Shown piece by piece: positions 19,422-29,235 of a stretch of 64,000 bases of DNA. The stretch comes from Halieaceae bacterium (GTDB lineage Bacteria > Pseudomonadota > Gammaproteobacteria > Pseudomonadales > Halieaceae). The notes below the pieces were generated by a model. The model was not told the origin of the DNA, made no database searches, and saw only the letters and a program-made list of their open reading frames with translations. A program made the position numbers and the translations under genes. The first letter of the stretch is position 1. The number at the start of each line of letters is the position of its first letter. The stretch covers positions 1,322 through 65,321 of the forward strand of contig CBDFGK010000001.1 of the NCBI GenBank assembly GCA_965247075.1. The letters are read 5' to 3'.

Positions 19422-19603
19422 TTGGGCCAGGTCGATAGCGAGTTTCTGCTATGGTAATGCAAACAGAATAAAATGCACGGAGATTCCCATACCCGGTGTG
19501 GGTGGGCAGGACTTTTCTCGTTATGGTCGTACCGAGGCGAAACTACCGGCTTTCAGATGCGGCTGGGTTCTATCTCACAACAGCGGCGGCGATGGCTGTT
19601 TTG

Positions 19604-20158
19604 TCAGGCGAATAATAGCCAGATTGCCAATACGCTGGCAGTGGCGCCAATGCCGCTGCGCTTTAGCACCTGCCGGTTGATCTTGCTCAGTTCTTGCAGT
19701 GGCTGGCCGCTTTGCTGGGTACGCAGTAACACCGGCCACTCGACGATAGCGCCAAATACAGCACTGCCAACAGCGCCGGCGACGAGCATAATGCGGCTGC
19801 TATTATCCATGGGGATCAACATCAGCAGGGCGATGACAGTGGCCCAACTGCCGACCTGGCCGGCACAGCTCATAATATTAAATTGTCGCAGGGAATTTTT
19901 TTCAAAGTCGAAATCGTAGACGAAAGTGCCAAATTTTTTGGGAATGCTATAACTGGAATTTGAAAACCTGGCGCCGGCAAAGTGACTCCATTCATGAACC
20001 ACAGAGGTGATCGTGACCCCAGCCAGAAGTGCCGTTATCACTGCCAGCGCGTTGGCGATGGCCAGCCCGGTTAACAGGTACCAGCTATCGGCGGCGGCCC
20101 ACATGGTGAAAACCAGCAGGGCAATACCTATGTGTAGTGCTGCATGTTTGTAAAGCAT
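19604..20158 (-). CDS. Integral membrane protein with an HEWSH motif
   Basis: It has about 5 hydrophobic segments. HEWSH could be a Zn-protease HExxH or a His-box. The start was moved to ATG 20158, just after the DUF3604 stop. Confidence 0.6.
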   Translation of the reverse strand: MLYKHAALHIGIALLVFTMWAAADSWYLLTGLAIANALAVITALLAGVTITSVVHEWSHFAGARFSNSSYSIPKKFGTFVYDFDFEKNSLRQFNIMSCAGQVGSWATVIALLMLIPMDNSSRIMLVAGAVGSAVFGAIVEWPVLLRTQQSGQPLQELSKINRQVLKRSGIGATASVLAIWLLFA

Positions 20159-20166
20159 TATCCTGT

Positions 20167-22227
20167 TTACTCCGGGGCTGAATACCAAATGGGTGAGGTC
20201 CAGGCTCGCTCCTGGATTGATTTAGCCAGCTGTGAATCTGCGCAACTTTCCGGACGCTCAGCTACCGGCAATGCATTGCATTGCCAGGTGCTCCAGCGGC
20301 AGCTTGGGTTTTCCAGCACCCGTGCATAATAAACGGCAGACGTAGCGGCATCAAAATCCGGGTCTTGCCACACGCTGCATAGTTGATCGTACCCGCTACC
20401 CTCTACCTGGCAGGTGAGGATGTCCACCTGCGCGCCATTATTGGGATTGCCGGCAATATCGTACACCGCCTGATAGGTTCTACCCAACTCGTCGACCCAG
20501 CCCTTTATGATCTGAATGCGCTGCAACAGATTGCTGCGGGGATCGCGAATGGCACTGGCCAAAAACCGCGGGGCGCTGCCTGTGCGCTGGGCATCGGGCA
20601 GCTCTGCTCCCATGGGCACGCCGTCTTTATAGGCCTGCGCTACATAGTCCGGCGCGTCACACAGGTTGCTATCAATAGACCAGCCGCCAAATAATCGAGG
20701 CTCAATTCTGGGTCCGCTGGTGCCAAAAGTTTCACGGCGGCGCATGGCTGCAAACAGCGCCTGGCGTGAATTTTCCTGGGCCCATACTCCGGCGATCCCG
20801 CCGGGGTTGTAGCGCACCGGCGATCCTTTGGCGATGCCGCCGGGTACTTCTACTTCACCGCGCAGCCGACTGGAGACCGCCCGGTCAGAGCCATTGGCGC
20901 CCATATAAGCTTTTTCCTGCCCGGCGGTGGGGGTGGCGTTGTGGTTGTCGGTGGCGGCAATAATGCCCAGTTTGAACGGATTTACGCCAAGCCTTTTCTG
21001 CTCAGCAAGGCCATTGCTGAGTGCATATCTGGCGTAGCTAAACCGTGACAGGCAGCCGACCAGGCGCATATTGCCACCGCCCATGTCATCGCCGCAGTCC
21101 TCGACGGTTGCTGCGGGCGCACGCAGTTTTTCGAAGTCACAAAATTCATCGACCGAGCCGATTACCGACCGCAGGCCGTTGCGACACTCCGAGTCACCTT
21201 TGACCTGCATAATTTCCAGCAAGGGTTCCATCTGCCGGCGCAGCGCAGCGTATTTTCGGCGCTGCGCGTCTGTCAGGTCGCTGCGGTAGGAATAGGGGTA
21301 CCACATGCGGCCGCTACTCCAATTGCTGTTGTGTGGAATTGTCAGCACGTCGCATTCCCCGGGTGAATCGGTGCAGGCGCTGCGCAGCCATTCCCACAAT
21401 TGCTCGGGGGTTTGTTTGTCCTTGGCACTGACCACCGCCGGTGGCACGGTGGCGTTGGCAAAGATGACATTGCGATGAAGATTTGAACCGTCCTCCGCCA
21501 GGGTGTACTCGTAGGCGTGGAAGGTAGTGAATTCACAGTCGCTGGACTGGTCCTGCCAGCGTTCGGTGGCATGCTGGTTCTCCTGCCAGGCGTCCCTGGC
21601 CTCCACCAGGCAGTCTGAACCGTCGCTACCACATACCGCCAGGGAGCGCTGTTGTTTAAATATGGCCTGGGACGCGAGGCGCACCAAAGGTTGCATGTCA
21701 TCGGCAAAGGGCAGACGGATGTCGCCGCGGTATACCCGGCACAACAGGGAATTGTATCCGGCCCGGCGCGGGTCTTCGCACACGCGCTTCTCACCCAGTT
21801 GGCCGGCGTGATCGGTAACGGCGGCGAAATCCAGCGGCGCACTAATGGTCACGGACGGCACGGCGGCCTCTGGTGGGTCATCCAGTAATCGCAGCTCCAG
21901 AGTCTGCCCGCGTGAAAAGGCGTAGGCGTCACTCGCCGTATTGGTAACGCCGAAGGCCGTGGCATCAAAGGAAGCGGCAGTATGAATATGCAAGGCACCG
22001 AACCAGGCCCTGTTGAGAGGATATTGATTGGCGCAGGGCAGGGGCGCGCCGCCAGAGGCCTTTGAAAGCGATGCGGGCTGCTTGTAAAAAGCATCGATCT
22101 GGGGCTGGTTGCCCGGTACCCGCTCCATCACCTGATTGAGATAAAACCATCCCGATAGACCCAGCAGCATCGCCAGTAGAAAAATACCACCCAGTAGTAT
22201 GACTATCTTGTAGATGTTGCCTGTCAT
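20167..22227 (-). CDS. DUF3604-family protein (PHP-like metal-dependent hydrolase fold), membrane-anchored
   Basis: It has an N-terminal TM segment, HIHTAASFDA and ATDNHNATP motifs, and a size (686 aa) typical of the family. Confidence 0.75.
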   Translation of the reverse strand: MTGNIYKIVILLGGIFLLAMLLGLSGWFYLNQVMERVPGNQPQIDAFYKQPASLSKASGGAPLPCANQYPLNRAWFGALHIHTAASFDATAFGVTNTASDAYAFSRGQTLELRLLDDPPEAAVPSVTISAPLDFAAVTDHAGQLGEKRVCEDPRRAGYNSLLCRVYRGDIRLPFADDMQPLVRLASQAIFKQQRSLAVCGSDGSDCLVEARDAWQENQHATERWQDQSSDCEFTTFHAYEYTLAEDGSNLHRNVIFANATVPPAVVSAKDKQTPEQLWEWLRSACTDSPGECDVLTIPHNSNWSSGRMWYPYSYRSDLTDAQRRKYAALRRQMEPLLEIMQVKGDSECRNGLRSVIGSVDEFCDFEKLRAPAATVEDCGDDMGGGNMRLVGCLSRFSYARYALSNGLAEQKRLGVNPFKLGIIAATDNHNATPTAGQEKAYMGANGSDRAVSSRLRGEVEVPGGIAKGSPVRYNPGGIAGVWAQENSRQALFAAMRRRETFGTSGPRIEPRLFGGWSIDSNLCDAPDYVAQAYKDGVPMGAELPDAQRTGSAPRFLASAIRDPRSNLLQRIQIIKGWVDELGRTYQAVYDIAGNPNNGAQVDILTCQVEGSGYDQLCSVWQDPDFDAATSAVYYARVLENPSCRWSTWQCNALPVAERPESCADSQLAKSIQERAWTSPIWYSAPE

Positions 22228-22596
22228 GGACTCGCCGCTACCTAAGCTCGTATGCAGTCACTATAGTATTTATTTTTACTGGGAGCATAGCGTCAAAGTG
22301 ACAGCAACGGTGAATAGTAATTTGCGCATAAACATGACTGGTACGGAAAAGAATACCAGGCTGGCCTCGGCGCGTTACCGGGCCGCCCGACGTGGCTTGC
22401 CATTCGCACCGCCGCCAGCCGATTTTTCGGTCCTGTTTATCGATCGGCACTGCGGAGACGCTGACTTCTTTGCTACTATTCACCCCCTGGTGGGTGGCAT
22501 GCCCATGGATCGGGCCTGACACAGCTTGCGCTGGTACACGGAAAAGCTATTGCCCGCCCTGGCATGAAGCGTTCTGCATAACATGAAGAGAGAACT

Positions 22597-23781
22597 ATGA
22601 GAAAAATATTGCTGTATTTACTGTTGCCGCCGGTGATCGCGCAGGCGGCGGTAGATATCGATAAGCGCGCGGCCCAACTGGCCAGGAAATACCCACTGGT
22701 AGATACCCATATAGATGTGCCCTACAGAATCAATCAACACTGGCAAGACGTAACCGTAGCTACCGCTGACGGACAGTTTGACTACCCTCGCGCAGTCGCT
22801 GGTGGCTTGAATATACCCTTTATGTCTATTTATACACCCGCCGCCAGTGAACTTGATGGCAGCGCTTATGCGCGCGCCAATATCCTCATAGACCAGGTGG
22901 AGGCCATTGTGCAACGCGCCCCGGACAAGTTTGCGCTGGTTCACTCCAGCACCTCGGCAATGGCCCAGTTTAAGGCTGGCAAAATTGCCCTGGCCCTGGG
23001 TATGGAAAACGGCGCGCCCATCGCCGGCGACCTGGACAGGCTCCGTCATTTTTATGGCAGAGGTGTGCGGTACATCACACTCGCCCACAGTCTCTCTAAC
23101 CATATCAGCGATTCTTCCTATGATGAGGTTGCCCTGTGGGAGGGACTCAGTCCATTTGGCGTGGAGCTCGTTGCGGCGATGAATGAGCTGGGCATGATGG
23201 TTGATATCTCGCACCTCTCTGACCAGGCCGCCCTGGAAGTACTGGCGGTGAGCAGCGCGCCCGTCATCGCATCACATTCTTCAGCCCGACATTTTGTGCC
23301 GGAATTTGAACGAAATATGAATGATGAGACCATAAGGTTACTGGCCGCTAATGGCGGCGTCATCATGATCAACTTCGGTTCAGGCTTCCTGACTGGGCCG
23401 GCCAATGACTACGGCAAAAAGTTCAAGCCGGCCGCAACCGCCTTTGCGCAGCAGCGCAAGCTCGCCGAGGAAAGCCCGGAAATGGTGGCCTTCGCCGAAG
23501 CCTACCGCAGTAAACATCCCTATCCCTTTGCCTCGGTAGCTGAGGTGGCAGACCATATAGACCACGTGGTGAAGCTGGTTGGCATCGAACACGTGGGCAT
23601 AGGCTCTGACTATGACGGGGTGGGGGATTCACTGCCTATTGGCCTCAAGGATGTCTCTCAATACCCCAATCTTATTGCCGAGTTGTTGCGCCGTAACTAC
23701 CGGGACAGTGATATCGCCAAAATACTGGGCGGCAATTTGCTGCGCGTGTGGAAGCAGGTAGAAGACCAGGCTAGGTCATGA
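22597..23781 (+). CDS. Membrane dipeptidase (peptidase M19 family), secreted
   Basis: It has a signal peptide. Motifs are DTHIDVPYR, ITLAHSLSN, DISHLSD, ASHSSAR and GIGSDYDG. Confidence 0.9.
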   Translation: MRKILLYLLLPPVIAQAAVDIDKRAAQLARKYPLVDTHIDVPYRINQHWQDVTVATADGQFDYPRAVAGGLNIPFMSIYTPAASELDGSAYARANILIDQVEAIVQRAPDKFALVHSSTSAMAQFKAGKIALALGMENGAPIAGDLDRLRHFYGRGVRYITLAHSLSNHISDSSYDEVALWEGLSPFGVELVAAMNELGMMVDISHLSDQAALEVLAVSSAPVIASHSSARHFVPEFERNMNDETIRLLAANGGVIMINFGSGFLTGPANDYGKKFKPAATAFAQQRKLAEESPEMVAFAEAYRSKHPYPFASVAEVADHIDHVVKLVGIEHVGIGSDYDGVGDSLPIGLKDVSQYPNLIAELLRRNYRDSDIAKILGGNLLRVWKQVEDQARS

Positions 23782-24086
23782 CTTCGCGTGCAATGATAGA
23801 AGATTTTCGAATAGTGTCGGCGGGTCACTGCGGTAGCGGTGCGATGCGCAATCTCATTTATCACTACTGCGGCCTGGATCTGGATGAAGGGGTAGTATTT
23901 GGGTTGGGAGCGGGCCTGGACGCGGTTTTTTCACCTATGAGAACGCCGAACCTCCCGATATGTTTTTTGGCCGCGGTTCGACCATGGAGGCTGATCTTGC
24001 TCGCACCATGGGGCTGCCGGCCCGCACGGTCAGCAGGTTGACATCAAGGGGTCCCAGCGTGACGGGCAGGCGTCTTTTCACAGTGA
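23778..24086 (+). pseudogene. Relic of a BtrH-N-like (C39-like peptidase fold) gene, frameshifted and 3'-truncated
   Basis: HCGSGAMRNLIYHYCGLDLDEGVVFGLGAGLD is the family N-terminus. The frame shifts at a T6 run (23926-23931) into FFTYENAEPPDMFFGRGSTMEADLARTMGL. Similarity then ends where the alr 3' end begins. Confidence 0.55.
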
Positions 24087-25169
24087 TTAGTCGACTAAAA
24101 CTCGTGGTACCCGGTTGTGCAGGCGGGTCATTATCTCGTAGCCGATGGTCTCGGCGTACCTGGCGACTTCATTGGCGCTCAGCTTTTCGCCCCAGAGAAT
24201 CACCTCGTCGCCAATAGTAACATCCGGTACATCGGTAACGTCTACGGTGATCATGTCCATGGAGACCCGGCCCACCAATTGTGCACGCTGGCCGTTGATC
24301 AAAACAGGCGTGCTGTTCCCCGCGTGACGGGGATAACCGTCCCCATAACCCACCGGTACGGTAGCGATGCGGCTGGGTTGTTGCGCCGTCCAGGCATTGG
24401 CATAACCTACCGATTCTCCAACCGCGATATCTCTCACCGCCATAATTTCCGATCGACAGGTCATCACGGCTTGCAGCTTGTCGGCTTCGGGGTGCGATTG
24501 AGAGAAGGGGGACTGTCCGTACAGCATAAACCCGGGCCGGTTCCACTGCGCCCGCGCTTCCGGCCAGCCCAGTAATCCCGGCGAGTTGGCTAATGAACAG
24601 GGGGCGTCAATGGTCTCCGTGTGAGTGCGAAACAGCCTGATTTGCTCACTGGTGAAATCCCGGTCCAGGTCGTCGGCACTGGCGAAATGCGTGGCCAATA
24701 CCACTTTATCGGCCACGTTCCGGCAGTTTGTAAGACGGGCAAATAACTGCTCGGTGTCGGCCGGCTCAAAGCCAAGTCGGTGCATTCCGGTATCAATTTT
24801 CAGCCAGCAGTTTATCGGTCGCGACAGGTTGGCCGCCTCCAGAGCAGCCAGTTGTATGTCGCTCTGTACCATTACCCAAAAATTGAGTGCGGCGGCGAGA
24901 GATAATTCCTCCACGTCGAAAAACCCTTCCAGCAGCAGAATGGGCTTTTCAATGCCTGCTTCGCGCAACTCCATAGCCTCTTCTACGCAGGCGACTCCCA
25001 GCGCTGGGGCCAGCGGCTCCAGGGCTCTGGCGATATTTATGGCGCCATGGCCGTAGGCGTTGGCCTTGACGATGGGCATAACCTGTCCTTCGCCACTGAG
25101 GGATTGGGCCACCGCAAAATTATGTCGCAGTGCGGTCAGGTTGATAATGGCGCGGGTGGGGCGGGACAT
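24087..25169 (-). CDS. alr: Alanine racemase
   Basis: PLP-Lys motif PIVKANAYGHG is present. The C-terminal beta domain has VSMDMITVD. Confidence 0.95.
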   Translation of the reverse strand: MSRPTRAIINLTALRHNFAVAQSLSGEGQVMPIVKANAYGHGAINIARALEPLAPALGVACVEEAMELREAGIEKPILLLEGFFDVEELSLAAALNFWVMVQSDIQLAALEAANLSRPINCWLKIDTGMHRLGFEPADTEQLFARLTNCRNVADKVVLATHFASADDLDRDFTSEQIRLFRTHTETIDAPCSLANSPGLLGWPEARAQWNRPGFMLYGQSPFSQSHPEADKLQAVMTCRSEIMAVRDIAVGESVGYANAWTAQQPSRIATVPVGYGDGYPRHAGNSTPVLINGQRAQLVGRVSMDMITVDVTDVPDVTIGDEVILWGEKLSANEVARYAETIGYEIMTRLHNRVPRVLVD

Positions 25170-26032
25170 TAGTAATCGTATTTATATTCAGAGAACAGGG
25201 ACTGTGCTTGCAACCAGATGTCGCCGACTGCTCCGTCGCCAACCGGCTCGCCATCCACCAGCACTACCGGCGCGATCTCTTTGGTTGAACTGGAAATCCA
25301 TACTTCATCAGCGTTGTGTAGCTCAGCCAGTGTAACGGGGCGTTCTTCGATCTGCAGGCTGCCTTCGGCGCGCAAAATTTCGATGAGTAACAGCCGCGTG
25401 ATGCCGGCTAGTATCTGGTGGTCGGTTTCTGGCGTATAGATGACACCGTCCTTCACCACGTAGACATTGCAGGCACTGGCTTCGGTCAGCTCGCCGGCCT
25501 CGTTATAGAGAATGGTTTCGTTGTTGCCTCCCGTATAACCCTGGTTGAAGTGCATGACATTGCCCAGCAGGGCGGTGGATTTTATATTGCAGCGCTTCCA
25601 GCGCATATCCTGACTGGTTGTCACCGTATAGGTCTTGGTGGTGCTTTTGTCTGCCACTGGCGAGGGCGGCGCCTCGAAAGTAAAGGCGAAGATAGTGGGA
25701 GCAACACCTTCTGGGTAGGCGTGAAAGCGGCGGCTGTCGGCACCGCGACTGACGTGCAGGTAAATGCCGAGATCATTGCCCTCGTTGCGTTCCATCAACT
25801 GCTCGCAGACTTCACGCCACTGGTCATCACTCCAGTCCAGACTGATATCGATAGCAGTCAGGCCGTTGTTCATGCGCTCTATATGGGCCGCAAATCCAAC
25901 CATCCTGTCATGGTAGGAGGGAATAACTTCGTAGATGCCATCACCAAACAGGAAGCCGCGATCCATAGGTGAAATTTTTGCCCGCTCCATTGGCAGGTAT
26001 TCGCCATTGAGGTAGACGATGCTCATGCTCAT
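25169..26032 (-). CDS. dat: Class IV aminotransferase, D-amino-acid (D-alanine) aminotransferase-like
   Basis: Motifs are RGFLFGDGIYEVIP and CNIKSTALLGNV, with a class IV fold length. The call of D-specific rather than branched-chain rests on context with alr. Confidence 0.75.
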   Translation of the reverse strand: MSMSIVYLNGEYLPMERAKISPMDRGFLFGDGIYEVIPSYHDRMVGFAAHIERMNNGLTAIDISLDWSDDQWREVCEQLMERNEGNDLGIYLHVSRGADSRRFHAYPEGVAPTIFAFTFEAPPSPVADKSTTKTYTVTTSQDMRWKRCNIKSTALLGNVMHFNQGYTGGNNETILYNEAGELTEASACNVYVVKDGVIYTPETDHQILAGITRLLLIEILRAEGSLQIEERPVTLAELHNADEVWISSSTKEIAPVVLVDGEPVGDGAVGDIWLQAQSLFSEYKYDY

Positions 26033-26868
26033 TCTCCAAATCCGGTCAGTCTTCGTAAGTCTTCGATAAGCCGCAGTCCTTCGCTGGCGGGCAGCCCGTC
26101 TTCCGTTAGTGTGTTCTCATGGGTAACTCCGTCAACACTGCCCCGCTGGGAAAGGTAATGCAAAAATTCCAGCGGCGCGATTTTCCCAAGCAAGTCCTCA
26201 CCCCGCCAATACCCAATAATAGCCAGCAGGCCGTAAGCTGCCCAATTGGATACGTCGGCGATCAACAATTCATCGCAGCCGGTGACCGCCGGGACAATGT
26301 CCAGTTTTTCTATCGCCGCGCGAATATTGCCCATGCCAATTTCATTGCCGCCGTCACCAATGGCGATGCTGGGGCAGGACGCGAGTTTCACAAAGTAGTC
26401 AAAGCAGGCACAGCGCTCGGTAATAACCTCGCCGCGCATATTGAAGTAGGTGCCTTGCGCCGACAGCCCCGGCCGTTCGATACTGATTACCACTTCCGGT
26501 TGAAATTGCAAAAGCGCTGCGCGTGTCTCCGCTTCCCAATCAGTGTGGCCACCCACGCTGATCTCATGCACTCGATAGGCGGGCTGTAAATGACCTGATA
26601 AGGGCTTGCCGCACACGATGATGGGATTTGCACCCATAGTCTCAAGACTCTGGTACAGCGCCATTGCGCCCACCGGGCCGTCTGTTTCAAAAGTGTCGGC
26701 TACCGGAAACCCGGTGCCGATAAGAACGGTTGCCGAGCTGTTTTTCAGATGTGTGGCAGCGCGCAGGAAATAACCGGGCTGCAGGGCACTTTGCACCTGC
26801 TTCATGCCGCGCAGGTTTCTGCTGACCATCAGGTCCTCAATGGTCTGGCTCAGGGCGAGATCATCCAT
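26029..26868 (-). CDS. DUF4392 protein (D-glutamate cyclase-like domain)
   Basis: The start was moved to ATG 26868 (MDDLALSQ...), which overlaps the pxpC stop by 8 nt. The track's longer N-terminus would overlap pxpC by 170 nt. Confidence 0.7.
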   Translation of the reverse strand: MDDLALSQTIEDLMVSRNLRGMKQVQSALQPGYFLRAATHLKNSSATVLIGTGFPVADTFETDGPVGAMALYQSLETMGANPIIVCGKPLSGHLQPAYRVHEISVGGHTDWEAETRAALLQFQPEVVISIERPGLSAQGTYFNMRGEVITERCACFDYFVKLASCPSIAIGDGGNEIGMGNIRAAIEKLDIVPAVTGCDELLIADVSNWAAYGLLAIIGYWRGEDLLGKIAPLEFLHYLSQRGSVDGVTHENTLTEDGLPASEGLRLIEDLRRLTGFGE

Positions 26869-27802
26869 CACAGGGCTCCGGGTGTACGCGGTGGAATCGA
26901 TGGTGGGCCAGATAAAACAGGTTGTGCGCAGCGGCGCTAGAAGTTTCTTCGAAATACACTGTGCCGCCCGGCATAAGTTGCGCAAGTCGCGCCGTATCCA
27001 TCGACAGGGCAGCGCCAATTTTCGGGTAGCCACCGATGGTTTGCCGGTCTTGCAGCAGTACTATGGGTTGGCCATCGGCGGGAATTTGAATCGCCCCCAT
27101 GCAGATGCCTTCTGACAGAATGCCCTTGATATCGTAGCGTATTGCCGGCCCCTCAAGTCGATAACCCATGCGGTCAGCCCGGTCAGTCACCAAGTATTCG
27201 CCGCTATAAAAGCGGCGTTTTTGCAGTTGCGAAAACTGCGCCTGTTGGTAACCGGGGATTACGCGAACGATGATATCCGAGGAGTAGGCCGGTTGCTCGG
27301 ATTCGGGCAGGGTCAGGCAGCCGGCATTGGCGCAGGGCCGGCATGCCAGCAGGTTGCCGGCTTCCAGCTTGCCGCCGTTGAGGCCGCCGACCCCCTCGCG
27401 TACCACAGTGGCCGTGCTGCCAAATTGGCTGGCTACCTGGAAGCCTCCCGCCACGGCCAGGTAGGCCCGGCAAAAGGATGTAGCAAAACCAATACTGATT
27501 TGATCGCCGGGATAAACCCGGTGACTGCGCCAGGATTGCTTCGCTTCGCCATTGATAGACAGGGGCAAGTCGCCACCTGCCAGGCAGATGAGGGTTGCCA
27601 GCTTTGCTTCACACTCAAGACCACCGAAGCTGACTTCCAGGGCGGTTAAATCTGACTGGTTATGAACCAGTCGATTGGCCCAGGCCATGGCCATGCGGTC
27701 CAGCGGGCCGCCGTTGGTCAGGCCAATGCGGTGTTGGCCGAAGCGACCACTGTCCTGCAGTAAGGTCAACATGCCCGGCTGCAGGATCGACAGGCCACTC
27801 AC
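26861..27802 (-). CDS. pxpC: 5-oxoprolinase subunit C (KipA / allophanate hydrolase subunit 2 family)
   Basis: 313 aa. MSGLSILQPGMLTLLQDSGRFG is present, with a cyclophilin-like family signature. Confidence 0.85.
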   Translation of the reverse strand: MSGLSILQPGMLTLLQDSGRFGQHRIGLTNGGPLDRMAMAWANRLVHNQSDLTALEVSFGGLECEAKLATLICLAGGDLPLSINGEAKQSWRSHRVYPGDQISIGFATSFCRAYLAVAGGFQVASQFGSTATVVREGVGGLNGGKLEAGNLLACRPCANAGCLTLPESEQPAYSSDIIVRVIPGYQQAQFSQLQKRRFYSGEYLVTDRADRMGYRLEGPAIRYDIKGILSEGICMGAIQIPADGQPIVLLQDRQTIGGYPKIGAALSMDTARLAQLMPGGTVYFEETSSAAAHNLFYLAHHRFHRVHPEPCDG

Positions 27803-28476
27803 AACTCGCCTCCCAATTCCAGGTAGCGGGCTTTACCGATTGCCTCGAAGCGTACCCGGTCGCCCACATTCACCGGCATGATCGGGTCGGCATCGGGATT
27901 AAACATGGCAGTTGGACACCGGCCAATAAGATTCCAGCCGCCTGGCGAGGGGGCGGGATAGACCGCGGTTTGTCGGTCTGCTATGGCCACAGCGCCGCGG
28001 GGTACTTTTTGCCGCGGAGTGCTGAGCCTGGGTGCCGCGATGCGTTCATCGACCTGGCCCAGATAGGCAAACCCGGGCGCAAAGCCAATTGCATATACCC
28101 GGTATTCCGTGGCTTGGTGCAGCTCGATAACTTTTTCGATGCTCAAGCCGGCATGGTTGGCCAGTGATTCCAGATCGGACCCGGACTCGGTGCTGTACCA
28201 GGCGGGCAGGCAGACCAATCGACCTTCTGTTTGCCGGCCGGATAACAGTGTTGCCAGGCATGCTTCGACTTGCCGGCGGACGCGAAAATGATCGGTACGC
28301 AACAGGTTGTAAATAACCAATATGGATGCGTAGGAAGGCACCAGGTCTACCAGGTCGCGCCCCAGAGCGGTGCTAATGGCCGTACTTGCCGCTTGCACCG
28401 CCCGGGAAGTTTGCGGACTGGTCTCTTCTCCCAGATAAACGATTAAGGCATCTTCACCGGCAGTACAGATACGCAT
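27799..28476 (-). CDS. pxpB: 5-oxoprolinase subunit B (KipI / allophanate hydrolase subunit 1 family)
   Basis: 225 aa. FAPGFAYLG and AVAIADRQTAVYP motifs are present. It has 4-nt overlaps with its neighbours. Confidence 0.85.
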   Translation of the reverse strand: MRICTAGEDALIVYLGEETSPQTSRAVQAASTAISTALGRDLVDLVPSYASILVIYNLLRTDHFRVRRQVEACLATLLSGRQTEGRLVCLPAWYSTESGSDLESLANHAGLSIEKVIELHQATEYRVYAIGFAPGFAYLGQVDERIAAPRLSTPRQKVPRGAVAIADRQTAVYPAPSPGGWNLIGRCPTAMFNPDADPIMPVNVGDRVRFEAIGKARYLELGGEL

Positions 28477-28485
28477 GATGGATAG

Positions 28486-29223
28486 CTAACCCAGCAGGGC
28501 GCGAATTTCTTGAATTGCCTGCACCCCTTCGATATTGTCGCCGTGAACACAAAGTGAATCGGCGCCAACCGGTAGTTGCCGGCCGCTGGCCGTAGTGACG
28601 GTGCCCTCGTTGCAGAGTTGCTCGACCTGGGCCAGCATTTTGGCGCGGTCGTGAACTGCGTCTGCCAGCCGTCGTGACACCAGTTTGCCGTCGTCGTCGT
28701 AACAGCGATCGGCAAATGCTTCAAACCATACCTCGACGCCGGCCCGGTCAGCTTCCTTGCGGTGCTGATCGATTTCGGGTGTTGCCTGTAGCATCAATGC
28801 CAGCGGACGATGGTACGCGGCGACGGCTTCCAAAATGGCATTGCGAACTGCGGGCGTCGCCATCATGTCGTTGTAAAGCGCGCCGTGGGGTTTTACGTAG
28901 CGCAGTTCGATACCGGCGCAGGCAGACATGCCGTCCAGGGCGGCCACCTGGTAGTGAATCTTGGCAATAATTTCTTCGCGGCTACAGTTCATGGAGCGGC
29001 GGCCAAAGCCCACCAGGTCGGGATAGGCAGGGTGGGCGCCCACTGTTACGCCGTGTTCGCCAGCCAGTTGCAGGGTGCGTTGTATCACCAACGGGTCGCC
29101 GGCGTGAAATCCGGTGGCCACACTGGCCTGGTCAATGTGGGGCATTACTTCCGCGTCCAGGCCCATGGTCCAGGCGCCGAAGCTTTCACCCAGGTCGCAG
29201 TTCAGTTTCATGGTATTACTCAT
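28486..29223 (-). CDS. pxpA: 5-oxoprolinase subunit A (LamB/YcsF family)
   Basis: LNCDLGESFG, ATGFHAGDP and VKPHGALYN motifs are present. Confidence 0.9.
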   Translation of the reverse strand: MSNTMKLNCDLGESFGAWTMGLDAEVMPHIDQASVATGFHAGDPLVIQRTLQLAGEHGVTVGAHPAYPDLVGFGRRSMNCSREEIIAKIHYQVAALDGMSACAGIELRYVKPHGALYNDMMATPAVRNAILEAVAAYHRPLALMLQATPEIDQHRKEADRAGVEVWFEAFADRCYDDDGKLVSRRLADAVHDRAKMLAQVEQLCNEGTVTTASGRQLPVGADSLCVHGDNIEGVQAIQEIRALLG

Positions 29224-29235
29224 GGCAGTATTTTT

